Shown here one piece after another: positions 13,028-25,172 of a stretch of DNA of 64,000 bases. The DNA is from Camelus dromedarius (Eukaryota). Made by a program: the position numbers and the translations under genes. The notes beneath the pieces were generated by a model, which was not told where the DNA came from, made no database searches, and saw only the letters and a list, made by a program, of their open reading frames with translations. The stretch lies in the NCBI RefSeq assembly GCF_036321535.1, contig NC_087437.1, forward strand, positions 88,972,001 through 89,036,000, read 5' to 3'. Every line of letters starts with the position of its first letter. Positions within the stretch are counted from its first letter, which is position 1.

Positions 13028-13149
13028 TGACCATTGCCTTAATTTAACCAAGTTGATTTATAATGTGCCTCTTTGTTTTCCTTACAAGGTCACCTGATGG
13101 TGGTGTTAGAATAACTGTTAGAGCCCCAAACTGGAATATGGCCCCTGAG

Positions 13150-13295
13150 TTCCCAATTGATTCATATTTATTAACTTGGGCACGATACTTAACATCTTTA
13201 AACCTCTTAGGCTGCATCTCTAAAATAAATAAATATACATGAAGTTCTTGGTACATAATATAATGTATAGTAAGAGTATGATAAATGCTAGTTAG
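13150..13295 (+). mobile_element. MIR SINE fragment
   Basis: 'taacttgggcacgatacttaacatctttaaacctc...catctctaaaat' and tail 'ataaatgctagtta'. Confidence 0.6.
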
Positions 13296-15779
13296 CTATC
13301 ACAGATGGTGGCAGATATGTTGCTGGTAGAACTAAACCACTTTATAGATTCACTCCATCAAGGGATTACAGTGATTCCAATGAGAGGAATGCCCGTTGTG
13401 GGTGCAGGCAGAGGGCAGAATATATCTGTGTGGTTAAATAAGGCAATTTTACTATAGTTTCACAATATTTATTTGGGGAATTCAACTATAGAAATATGAA
13501 CCCTTGAAAAGAGTTTTGTGGCCATAGAGGGCATGTTTTATGAATAGAGGCAGGGCTGTGGAGATGAAATTTGGCCCTTCAATGTCTTTGAAGGCAGTAG
13601 GAGCCTGTGAATTTTATGATCACGGAGGGGACATAACAAAAAATAGATTGAGGAAACTGGTTAAGCTCTTTTTGAAATCTTGTGTCAGCAAGAGTAAAAT
13701 AAAAATAATATGACATAAGCCATAAATTAATTAGTTGTAACACATTACTTTTAAACATTAAGGTAGTAACATAGATGCATGTTCTTGGAATACAGAACAT
13801 GGAAAAATAACCAGAGTTAAATTTATGCAGTGTTGTTCAAGAAAGTGTTTTGATCTACCTTTAGGATGTTCTCATGGTGGAGATAAAAAGTGCTGACAGT
13901 AGATGTTAAGATAAACAGTGCAATTTTGTGTTGCCTATAATTGAGAGCAATAGACACAGATTTAGATTAACTGGTGTGCGATCCTAGACAATTCAATACA
14001 CAAATCTAAATGTTTCTAGTGTCTTACATCATCATCATGATCATGAGCATGGATTTTAGTAAATCTTCCTCTGAGAAAAGACTGTGAAAAAGCATACTAA
14101 ATTCCATGCTTCGCTCAGTGAATTACCTGTTAGAAGTCACTTAAATCTTCTGTGTCAAGCTCTTAGGATAGTTCATTCTCATTCAAGTCTTCACTAAGTC
14201 TGAATGGATTATTCACTTGGTTGTTTGTAAAAAGTCAGCTGCCACAAATATTTAATGCCAATGTTGTTTACTCAGCTCTTCCCAGATACTCTGGGCTCAA
14301 TATCTTTGGACTGTGATTTTCTCCATGTGAGGGATTAGACCAGAAAAACCTCAAGGGGAGCTACTCAGTAAAAAAGATTCATCTGTGTTCACTAGAACAG
14401 CCTTCCCGTGTTCATTAGATTTCCCTTCTAAGCACTCCATCCTTTAGAGGTGAGACTTTTCCGACTAGTTAATTTCATTATTGCAGATTGGACGACAGCA
14501 CATTTCTCAGTGTGCTTTAATTCACTGGCATACTAATCTATACATGAGTGACCTGTGAATATATTTATTGTGAAATAACTCCACAAAACATGGGCACTTT
14601 AGATGAACTGAAAAAAAAATGGAATTTTTGCAACACAAAAGGCAAGTATACCTATGGAATAACTGAACTCAGTTTAAATTGAGGCTATAAGCCATGCCAT
14701 AGTAATTCTAGCTAAGAAAAAAATAACATATTAAATGATGGTTTTCTAAATCCATATACATTTGCCTGGAGCAGTTGATTGTTCCACATGTTTTTGAATT
14801 CCATCTGTGTAAGGAGTAAGTAAAAAGAATTTGAGTGGTATTTCAATGTCCTGGAACAAGCCCTTTTATGCGTTTGTATATATTGCTGAAAATGTGGCAT
14901 GTGAAATATTTAAGTTCACTTCGTTATAGTCTCAGAGTAGGATTGAAATAGATCAAGATCTGTATAACCAGTGAGCCAGCCAGGTCAAACGTATGTGAAG
15001 ATAGGAAGTCCTCTGTAAATGTGATACACAACATTAACTATAAATATAACCGTGGCCTCCCAGTTCATTGATGATTTTCAATATTCTTCTCAAGTGCTTT
15101 GTAAGTATAATCCGTCAAAAATGCAGACAGAAAAGTCAGATGATAGGGAAATCTTCTTTATAAAAATCCTCACATGAGAGTCACTGCTTTTCCAGAATTC
15201 AAAAACAGTAGTCCATTATATTAGAGAAGGCAGATTTAATGCAAAGAAACTGACCAAGTAGCCAGTCATACCACTCCACGTATCTTCATATCATGTTATT
15301 GTGGGCGATGATCAATCTTAGTGCTTCTGTAGACAGTAAGTTTGATGTCAAAGTCATTGCTGATTCAAGAAAATACATGCATCCAATATGATGAAAAGAA
15401 AAAAAAAAACAAGTCAAACAAATGTTAGTCATAAAATGAATAAAACACTCATTTAATCAGTTTTTTTCAGTTCTCAGAGAAGGCGTGATGTAAAAATCGC
15501 CCAATGAAAAGGAAAGCACAACTTTAGTGTAAGATGGTATAAAACAATTTAGTCAAAACACGTGATTAAAAGAATAATCTCAGAGTGAATCAGTAATGCC
15601 TTTTTGTGATTTTCTTTTTAGCCTTATTATGATTTTCTTTACCTGTCTATTATGTGAGTACTTTCTGTATTATTTTTTTGATGCACTATCTGGATTCCAC
15701 TCAAAATAACAGACATAACTTTGAACATTACAGGTTTAACAGTAAATTCAGAGGTTTAAGAAAAGAGAGCATTTACTAG

Positions 15780-16250
15780 TGTTTGTGGTTTTATTGCTGC
15801 TGTAACCAGTTACCACAAATATAGTGGCTTGAAACACCTCACTTTTTTTTTTTTTTAGTTTTGTCATTTAGAAGTTCGACAAAGGTCTCACTGTGCTAAC
15901 AATCAAGGTGTGCGCAGGCCTACGTTCTTTCTAGAGGCTCTAGGGGAGAATCCGAGTTCTTCCCTTCTCCAGCTTCTGTAGCTCGCCAGCGTCTTTGGCT
16001 TATGGCCCCTTCCTCCCGTCTTGAGAGCCAGAAGCATCACGTGTCTCTGACTTTTCTTTAGCTGTTGTGTGTCTATCTCTGATCCAGTCTGGAAAGGCCC
16101 TTTACTTTTAAGAACTCATGACTAGGTTGCTCCAACCAGGATAATCCAGGAGGATTCTCCCATGTCAAGATCTTTCCTCTTAATAATGTTTGCACTGTCC
16201 CTTTTATTCTGTAAAATATATTCACAGGTAAATGGGGATGCCCACCATGG
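15780..16250 (-). mobile_element. MaLR LTR (MLT1C/D/E-like)
   Basis: 'tgctgctgtaaccagttaccacaaatatagtggcttgaaacac...aatcaaggtg...ctagaggctctaggggagaatcc...ataatccaggaggattctcccatgtcaagatc'. Confidence 0.85.
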
Positions 16251-16689
16251 AGAACACAAGAGTAAAGCATACTGGACTGCAGTTACAATTGATCCTTGCT
16301 CCATTTTTTGTCAGCATTATTTGTTGGGTCCTGACTTTCATATCTATTCAGTTGATTCAGAAATTTTAAATAAATCTAAGTAAAAAATCTGGCATCCATC
16401 ACAGTTGTCTGGAAAAAACCTGTTGCCCTTCGTACTGCAGAAAGTCGGTAGAATTCTCAGCTTTGTTTGGTACAGCCAGCAGCTTAGAGATGCTCTCCAA
16501 AATCCTTGCCAATTCTTATAACTAAGAGGACTCAGAAAACATTATTTTGCACTTAGAAGGCCTTTAGCTTTGCACTTAGACAAGCCTTTTTCCTTTTGAA
16601 GTGACCTAAACATTTTATATTTTTTGGTAAGTATTTTGAAAACAGTAGTGACTATTTAGTAAGAACATCAAGTTATGATGATTTTATAT

Positions 16690-16850
16690 ATTTTGTGAAC
16701 TTAACCAAATAACTAAATCTCTCTCATGCTTTGTTTTCTCATTTATATGCATTCTTTTCATATCTCATCTTTAGGGGTGAGGGTCAAATGTACTGATTTT
16801 AGATTTATAAGCCATAAGATGCTATACAAATGTTCATTATTATTAATAAT
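16690..16850 (+). mobile_element. MIR fragment
   Basis: 'tgtgaacttaaccaaataactaaatctctct...gttttctcattta' and tail 'gctatacaaatgttcattattatt'. Confidence 0.55.
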
Positions 16851-16912
16851 TTATTCCCTTAGCACACACTTGGATAGGATATTATTATTTTCATTTTAAT
16901 TGAAACAATAAA

Positions 16913-16980
16913 TCACTCACACACACATACATACACACACATACATATGTACACACACACATACACACATAAAGACACAT
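16913..16980. repeat. Imperfect (CA)n microsatellite
   Basis: Directly visible. Confidence 0.9.
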
Positions 16981-19485
16981 AGAGAAAAAGATAAGTGACT
17001 CGATTAACTAGGTGGTTTGAGAAATTGTTCTAGAATGCCCACATTTGCTTTCTTTCCCTCCGGAGTTTTTCTTTATGAGCAACCACTTCTTTAAAAATTC
17101 CAAATCCTCTCTTGAGATGAGGCTTGGTGTTAAACTGACCTAGGGTAGCGTAAATAAAATTCCTGAGGCCCTTGGGGTTAATAAATTAAGGCCCTCATTT
17201 CACTTTTACTTTGGAAGAACTGTTTCAAAATAAGTTCTCCCAGCAAATTACTAGCATTCAAAGATACAGGTCTGCAGGCAAGAAAGTGAACTTGTCTTTC
17301 CATTTTGCTTCTAAGCAGGGTGGGAAATAGGAGGTGAGTTTAGCTAAATGTCCTTAGTGTCTTCTTGGTTGTGCTTATCTGTGCTCACTTGGGTTAATAC
17401 TTTAACTATCAAAGTAATTTCTGCTAAGGACTTGTGTGTACAGGAAATACAACTGGAATTTTGATAAATTCTGAAAGAAGGGCCATGTGGTTGGATTTTC
17501 GTAGCACCTTTTCTCAGAGGCTAAGGCACCTGCTCCACCTCAGGTTCACGAGATCTGCCCCCTGGAAGCACATAAGACTTTCCAAAAGATCCCTCTGCCG
17601 GGGGTGCTAGCAGCAAATCCCTCCTCAGCCAGACAAGTTGGCCTTTATTTTTTGTATTGCTCTGGGCATCTCACATGACATTCCCAAATAAGGTATTGTA
17701 CTACAGGCCTGCTATGATTGCTAGTAATGACTTAACTGCAAAGGAATTATAACAGTATGAATAACAGTGGATTGCACTGTGAATGTCCTCGCTACTCCAA
17801 AAAATGCCAGAGCAACAAATATAAAATGATTCTCATTCGCCAGTTTGAAAGGAGTAAAAGTCAGAAGCCTACAACTGCTGCTAATCTGTAAACACTGATT
17901 GTTCATTCAACAGTGAGAAGCAAAACAAATGTAAAACCGAGTGATGGCATTAGCCATTCTGCTGTGTGCAAAGGAGATTACAGTAAGGGAATGAAAATAA
18001 AATTATATTCAAATACAAGACATTTGGGTAGAAAAGGGGTGTTGCTTGCGAACTTGTTAAACAGGAAATCCTTCTGCATTTTGACTTTGTTTTTTGTCAG
18101 GATTGCTTTGCTGTTGCTATAGGACATATGTCATTTCCCTTATAATTCTATCTAGCATCATAGATCCATGTTAGAGAAGTACAAAATAAAATTTATGTTC
18201 TTAATGATATTATATGCCTCTTGCTTCCAAAATGGATTTGAGTTTCTTTAAAAAATTAAGTATAACATCATTTTTTTAAGTACAGAAATTTGTTAAAAAG
18301 ACCAAATATTAAATGACATTATTTATTACATCGCATGAGAGGATAAACATGAGTTAAAGAGTTTACCCACTCAGGTTCAGTGACTGTTCCTATAACATAT
18401 GTACAACTTCAAACTTTCATTTATGTACTGAACTGATTTTTAAACTCTAGAATTGTAGTCTACAGTTAAAGATTACAGATTTGATGCAATGTTAGTATCA
18501 TATTATAAATCAGAGTAATGAGTTGATTCATTTCATAGGAAATGGAAAACTGAGAGACTTCCCAGTCTAGAGAATGAATTAGTGCTTCTTAGGTGCTAGA
18601 AGTTTAAAACTGATATTTTCATTACCATCAAATACTTCTCACACTGTACTGAGTAACCTTTAAGTTCATAACCATGAACAGGTGCCACATTCCACTTATA
18701 AAAGACAAACACATCTTGCTCTACCAGCTCTTTTTTAAGCAATTTTGGGGCTCTAAACTAGAAGAGATTTGTGAACTCTCTAAATTATTTCATAAATCCA
18801 CCAATGGAACATTCCTTTTACCCAAGTACCCTTTCCACTAGACATGATCCCAATCTGATTGAATTGCTTCCTTTCATGACTTCATAAGCATGTCTACACG
18901 TCCATACTACTTACGAGGAGGCCGTGTGCCTCAATCCCAGCATCATGGCACTTTGGCAGCCAGATGCCTGAAAGTAGGACAGGATCTCAGGATGTTAGGG
19001 ACAGCTTTCACAACTACAGTTACCCATGGAGATTTACTGACACCTCAACCATCAGGTGGACCATGGTTTTGGAGATTCACTTTTTCAGCAGTGAGAACTG
19101 TACTTCATTCACTCCTCTTACTCTCTACGTTTGAATACTCAGTTGCTCCCCCAAGGAACAAAAAACGGCTTACACTTGGGATTCTTGAATGATTGCCAGA
19201 AAGGAATTGACTCTGAGAATTGCCATTTTCCAGGTTCCCATCGCATGCAGTAAACCCAATTATCTAAGCTGGGAGTGAAAGTCTGGCCTGATGTGAACGT
19301 AGGAATAAAGGTCTAGATACTAGTCATAACTAATGACAGTTATCTTCTAAGGGACACTCTTACAAGAAAATTAATATTCACATGCATCGCTGAAATCAAA
19401 AAGACTCTGCCATAAAACATACCACACGATTTCATGTATTAGTCCCAAATATTTCTGAAGTATTTTCTCATTTTTTAAACTAGGT

Positions 19486-19818
19486 CAGGGATTGACAAGC
19501 TATCGATGGCAGGCCAAATGAGGCCTGCTGTCTGCCTCTGGCAGACCGACAAACTACAAAATGATTTTTCAAGGCACTGAAAACAATCAGAAGAAGAATA
19601 ATATATTGTGGTACGTAAAAATGATACAAAATACAAATTTTAATCTGCATAAATAAATGTGCCTTTGAGCACAGCCACACTCGTTGACTTCTATATTGCT
19701 GATGACCCCTTTTACACTGCAGCTGCCGAGCTGTGTAGCTGCAACAGAGACAGGACTACCCACGGGGGTCTCAAATATGCACTCCCTGGCCATTTACAGA
19801 AAAGCTTCCCCACCCCTG
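19486..19818 (+). mobile_element. hAT-Charlie non-autonomous DNA transposon (MER58B-like)
   Basis: Terminal inverted repeats cagggattgacaa...ttccccacccctg; internal 'aatcagaagaagaataatatatt', 'cacagccacactc', 'gcaacagagac', 'ctggccatttacagaaaag'. Confidence 0.85.
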
Positions 19819-20289
19819 AGATGGAGTATTTACTCTTTAGGGTCAGAGAACGTATTTTTGTACATTTCTAACATCCATCAGATTCAAGAAAACATAGGAG
19901 GTACTCAGTGACAATTCACTTTTGCTCCAGCATGACTGCCAATTCAAAACAGGCCTCAGCTCTACTTGTCAACAGAGAACACTGTGGCCTAGAAGGATTT
20001 TTACAGCATGTGAGCAGGACTCCTGGTATTCACGACGGAGTGGTTGCACATTGAGCAAACGCTCTGTGTAATTATTTACTTACTCTACCTTCATTCTTCA
20101 TATGGAGAGAGTTTAAACCTAAACTATTGGGGAGATAATCGAAAGAAAAAGGAAACACACACACCCTACAATAGAAAAAAAAAAGAATAAGAAAAAAGAT
20201 GAGGAAATGGGAACGGTACTGATTTATAGTGTAAAATGAGGTCACCTACCATGTATGTGACAAGCAAATATTTGAGTTGTTAATTTTTT

Positions 20290-20420
20290 TCCTTTAATTC
20301 TCATAAAAATCCTTTAAGGTGGTTTTATTACTGTTAACTATCTTAGTGTGGAGGAAACCAAGATTTATGTGGTTAAGTAACTTCTACAAGTTTGAAAAGT
20401 TGAGGAAACTAGATTAAACT
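20290..20420 (-). mobile_element. MIR fragment
   Basis: 'tttaattctcataaaaatcctttaaggtggttttattac...gaggaaaccaaga...ggttaagtaactt'. Confidence 0.6.
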
Positions 20421-20448
20421 GCAGATATGAATTTCCTCAATAAGTATC

Positions 20449-20836
20449 TGTTATGGGGTTGAATTGTGTCCCCAACCAAATTTGGATATTGAAGTCCAAT
20501 CTCGCAGTACCTCAAAATGTGACTGTATTTGGAGATAGGATCTTTAAAGAGATAATTAGGTTAAAATGAGGCCATTTGGGTGGGCCCTAATCCAGTGTGA
20601 CTGGTATCCTTATAAAAAGATGAAATTTAGGCACAGACACATATAGAGGAAAGTCTATGTGAACACACAAAGGGAAGGTGGCCATGGAAAAGCCAAGGAG
20701 AGTGGCCTCAGAAGAAACCAAACCTGTGGATGCTTGATAATGATCTAGCATCTGGAACTGTGAGAATATAAATTTTTGTTGGTTGAAACTCCCCCTGTGA
20801 GACAATTTGTTATGGTGGCCCTAGAAAACTAACACC
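20449..20836 (+). mobile_element. MaLR solo LTR (MLT1A/B-like)
   Basis: Starts 'tgttatggggttgaattgtgtcccc', contains 'gtgactgtatttggagatagg' and 'gggtgggccctaatccagtgtgactggtatccttataa', ends 'ccctagaaaactaacac'. Confidence 0.9.
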
Positions 20837-20979
20837 ACATCTAAAAAAAAAAAAAATTAAGAGAAATGTAATTTCTGTGAGACCAAGTGTCTACTATTCA
20901 GGATTTTAATAAAAAATAATTTGCATGATGGAACATTAGAGTTCAAAGCTTACCTCTGAGTTTTCACCTATAATTTTGA

Positions 20980-23200
20980 AGGCCTATCATATAGACAGGA
21001 TTGGTCTAGGCATTCTGGATGTATCGATGAAAAAGACTAAGTTCCTGTCCTCACAAAGCTTACACTCCACTGGGGAGGCAGTCAAAAAGCATATGAAGAA
21101 ATATATTTGAGGCAGAAATAGAAACTTCATGGGGGGTAATTTAGATATCATAGTTGTGAAGTAGTCTGAAGACATTTAAGTTAAACCTATGTGGTAAGAA
21201 GACATTTGAGATATTGAAGAAAAATCTTCCAGGAAGAATGGAGAGCTTCGCTTCTAGGGATGGTTTTGGCATATACAAGTGAAGTTAGAAAGATCATTGT
21301 GGCTTAAGCATAATGAAAATGGAGAGAAGTATTAGAAATTGAAATTGAAGAGGTAAGCAGGATGCAGCTTTTATAGTGTTTTACTTTTAGTGGGGAAAAC
21401 TGGGGGAATTTTGAGCTAGGGGATGAAATGATGTTTTAAACTTTAAAAAGCTTGTTTCAGCTTTTAAACCAGATGAGCAATGATGACTTGGATTAGCGTT
21501 TTAGCTGTAAAAACGTTGGAGACTGAAAAGATTCAAGGTCTCTGTTGGAGGTAATGCTAATGTAAATGATGATGTGTTGGATTGAAAGTGTGGGGAAAGT
21601 GGAAGACACGAGGGCGAGTCCTTCAAAGGTGACGATCAAGAGAGTGTTGTCTTTGTCTTGTAGAGGGGAGATGATTAAAAATAAAAAGAGTAGATACAGA
21701 TAAGATGCAAGCATATTTGAAGACATGAGTCCAAAAGATGATATAAGGAGAACTTGTAGATTAATAAGAAAAAAAACAACAAAGGAGCTTAATAGAAACC
21801 TGGAGAAATCCAGCATTTAAAACCAGCAAAGATACCTTAGGAGTAGCCAGTGAGTTAAAAAGATAATTAGAGGAATACGGTGTCACAGGAGCTTAGAGAA
21901 ATGGTCTATCAAGGAGGTCTATCAACTGTGTAAAGGGTTTATTAAGATTAGATATTGCAACACGGAGATCACTAGAGACATTAAGGAACAATTTCAGTGA
22001 AATGAAGAAGGTATTGAGACCCATTTGGGATGGGTTAAGGAGAAGACTCTAGGTGGAAGAGAAGTCCAATAAGTAAGGAAAAATGTTCTGAGGTGTTATT
22101 AAGAGAGCAAAGAAAATGAATATTAGCTGATGTGGCTGGTGGGAAATGTGGTATCTTTTTTTCTTAAGATGGAGTGACATTAACGCTTTTTGGTTGGTGT
22201 TTGTTTTGCTGTTGGAAGCAATTTAGGAGTGAGAAAAACTGGATGGTGCAGAGAGAAAGGGACTAATTGTCTCTGCAATAACTGAAAAGCAAAGCCCGCA
22301 GATGAGTGAGAGTGAGTGGGGATCTTCAGACTAAGAAAAAAATTGGTCTTAGGTAACTGCAAAAATGTCTCTTTGTTTGTAACTGGAGGAAAGAGACTGA
22401 CTATCTGAATACAGACACAGAGAAATGAGTGGATTTGGTTACAGGAAGGTAAGATTGATTCTTATGGTAACAAATTATTTTCAATGACATTTGAAGTAGT
22501 ATCTTTTGTGCAGACTCAGAGAGAGTGGTGTAAGTGTTTGGAGAGAGAAGAAAAGGTATGGAATAGGAACTTAACGGCCTGGAGAAGTGTAGGGGAATCA
22601 TCTCTGCTTGGTGCCCCTTTGAGATCTGGAAACATAAATTTAAAGTGAGATCAGTCCACAGAGTGGAGGGATTTTTTTTTCCTCCAGCCATACCCAGCTG
22701 CTGAGGAGACTGGTGTCGGTGAATGGCTGGATTTAACTATAGTTGGGGGTTCGCCAGCAAGTAGGTCAGAAGGAAAGGCGGCCAAGGGCATTAGTTAGGC
22801 ATGGGTCATAATGCTGCAGAGTTATCCAAGGAATCTAAAGAATCTCAGTTGGGTAAGGAGAACAGTGAGAAAAGGAGTGTGAAGGAAGGTAAAGAAAAAA
22901 TGGATTTGAAGAGTAAAAAAAAGTCAAGTATTAGAGGTCTACAAAAGTTTGCAACTTAGCTGGAGTGCAGTTACTTCGGTAAGTGAATAGAAAAGAATGT
23001 GCTTGTGAAAGGAAATACTGAAAATGCAGATTTTTGAAGTGGGATTGACAGAGATGAAGACAAGATTTAGGAAGGAATAACCTTAGAAGTGGAAGAGATC
23101 AAGTATTTTCAGTGAATCAATGTTGAATTCCCAAGAATGCTAACTAGAGCAGCAAAGGAGAAATCAGTGAGCCAGGAACTAAAGATGATCATGACTGAGG
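20980..23200 (-). mobile_element. Long L2 LINE remnant (~2.2 kb)
   Basis: Purine-rich antisense L2: 'ctaagttcctgtcctcacaaagcttacactc' near the 3' end; RT-region 'gagatcactagagacatta...atttcagtgaa...tgggttaaggag' at ~21965-22045. Confidence 0.75.
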
Positions 23201-24167
23201 AGAGTTGCTATGCGTTTTCACTCAAAATGCTAAATAAAGGGTGAGAGATTCTTTATATTTTAATAAAGCACTGCCTTTTTTTGTCTTTCCGGAAAGAAAT
23301 GACTTAGTTTTTTAGAGATGAATAAATTCTGTTTCTCCTACCACTAAATAGTACAAATGAGCTGTTTATGTGGAGTGACTTTGTAATATCAGAATACCTG
23401 AAAGAATGTTTCTGATCAAACCTGAAAATTACTGGCACCTATTTAAATTTCAAGATCATTCCAATTGCTTTGTTCTATTGAACAAAATTAGAGTATTTCT
23501 CAGAAATAATCTAGGAATTGCATGTTACTTGAAAATTTTGTTTTCTAAATTCGTAACAAAATTTAAAACAGTAGAGTTTTAAAAATTAAAAGAATTTTAG
23601 TCTAGAGTACAAAGTTCTCCTAAAAGGATGCTTTTAAAAAGTGGACAGGAAGTTAAGAAATAGCTATACAATACAATCGATTTAGTTATCAGCGAAGTTG
23701 AGAAAGCTGATTAGAACACATCTGACATTGAGGGGTAAATTCTAATCACTTAATTAACAGTTTATTCTTTGATCTAAAAATGAATGGCAGAATAGCGTAA
23801 AGGTAGGACCAGAGATAAAATAGGAGTTGTATGAAAAGATATATGGCGAAGAATCAAATATGCAGAACTAGATTGAATAAGCCGTTATATGGCATCCTCT
23901 CTCTAAAGAAATATAGAAGACTTGAGAGTATATTTGGAAGGAAATTTCACTGCCTGATTGTGATAAATATTGGTTGACTTATGACATATTGCTAAAATCA
24001 TTGACAGGCAATTGATTTTTTTTTTGAATGACCAATGAAGAAAATTACATAGTCCTTTTATAAAGCACAGCTTGTTTAAAAAGAATAGCATATTCTCAAA
24101 GTCCTTATAAATGGAGCCTTTCTGGAGGCAACCAGATGGTTAAGTCTTAAAACTATGAGCAGTAAGT

Positions 24168-24181
24168 GTGCCATCTATTGG
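24168..24181 (-). promoter_or_regulatory. CTCF-like motif
   Basis: Minus strand CCAATAGATGGCAC, one mismatch to CCASYAGRKGGCRS. Motif match only. Confidence 0.4.
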
Positions 24182-24745
24182 TGAAACAAGCACAGTGCAG
24201 GAATACCTGCAAAGCCATGGTCGCAGGGCCAGTTAGTTACAGAGGCATCTTTTCATACATCATATAAGGTGATGTTTCACTATAGCAAAATATCCTGGAT
24301 TACCCACAGGAAAAGTGAGCTTGTTGCTGCTGCACTGGTAGCCTAGTAACAGAAAGGACATTGGATCAAAAATTAGAGTGTCATGGTTCTTGTCCAGCTT
24401 TCTGCAACGTGCAGTGCAACTTTGCATGTGCCGCTTTGCACGTGCCGTTTCACTTCCCAAGGGCCCACCTTCCTTTTATATAAAAACAAATTACGAGATG
24501 ATAGCAAGGGCCCATCAGTTCCTTTAGTTCTAACATTTGGCAAGTTTTATGACATGAATATGTAAGTAGAGGCAGATGTCTCATTTAAGTAAGTTCAGCA
24601 TTCTTTGAATTTTACTTTTAGAGACATACAGATTCCTCTGATATAAACCATGGGACCATTGCATGTAAGGTCTTAACTTTTAGGGCATAGAAGTTACTCA
24701 ATATGTTATAGTTGAATACATAAATGAACAGGTAAACCACAAAAA

Positions 24746-25172
24746 TTTTTTAATTGAAGTACAGTTGACTCACAATACCATATTAGTTTTTGGTGTACAT
24801 TTGAAGAAAACAAAAACACTAACTCGAAAAGATAAGCATCCCAATGTTCATAGCAGCATTATTTGCAATAAGCATGATATGGAAGCAACATAAGTGTCCA
24901 TCAGGAGATGAGTGGATAAAAGAAATATGATATATGTGTATGTGTGTGTGTGTACATACATAGACACAAATACACGCTCACACATACATATATGATGGAA
25001 TATTACCCACAAAAAAGACATTTTGCCATTTGCAGCAACACAGATATAGACCTGGAAGGGATTATATTTAGCGCAATAAGTCAGACAGAGAAAGACACTG
25101 TATATTTTCACTTACATATGGAATTTAAAAAATAAAACAAATGAATAAATAAAATAAAACAAAAACTCACAG
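24746..25172. mobile_element. L1 3'UTR fragment with two oppositely oriented parts (minus-strand tail 24746-24799; plus-strand segment 24800-25172)
   Basis: 'tttttaattgaagtacagttgac...ggtgtaca' is the antisense L1 terminus; it abuts the sense 'aatgttcatagcagcattattt...tgagtggataaa...ataagtcagacagagaaagac'. Confidence 0.85.
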
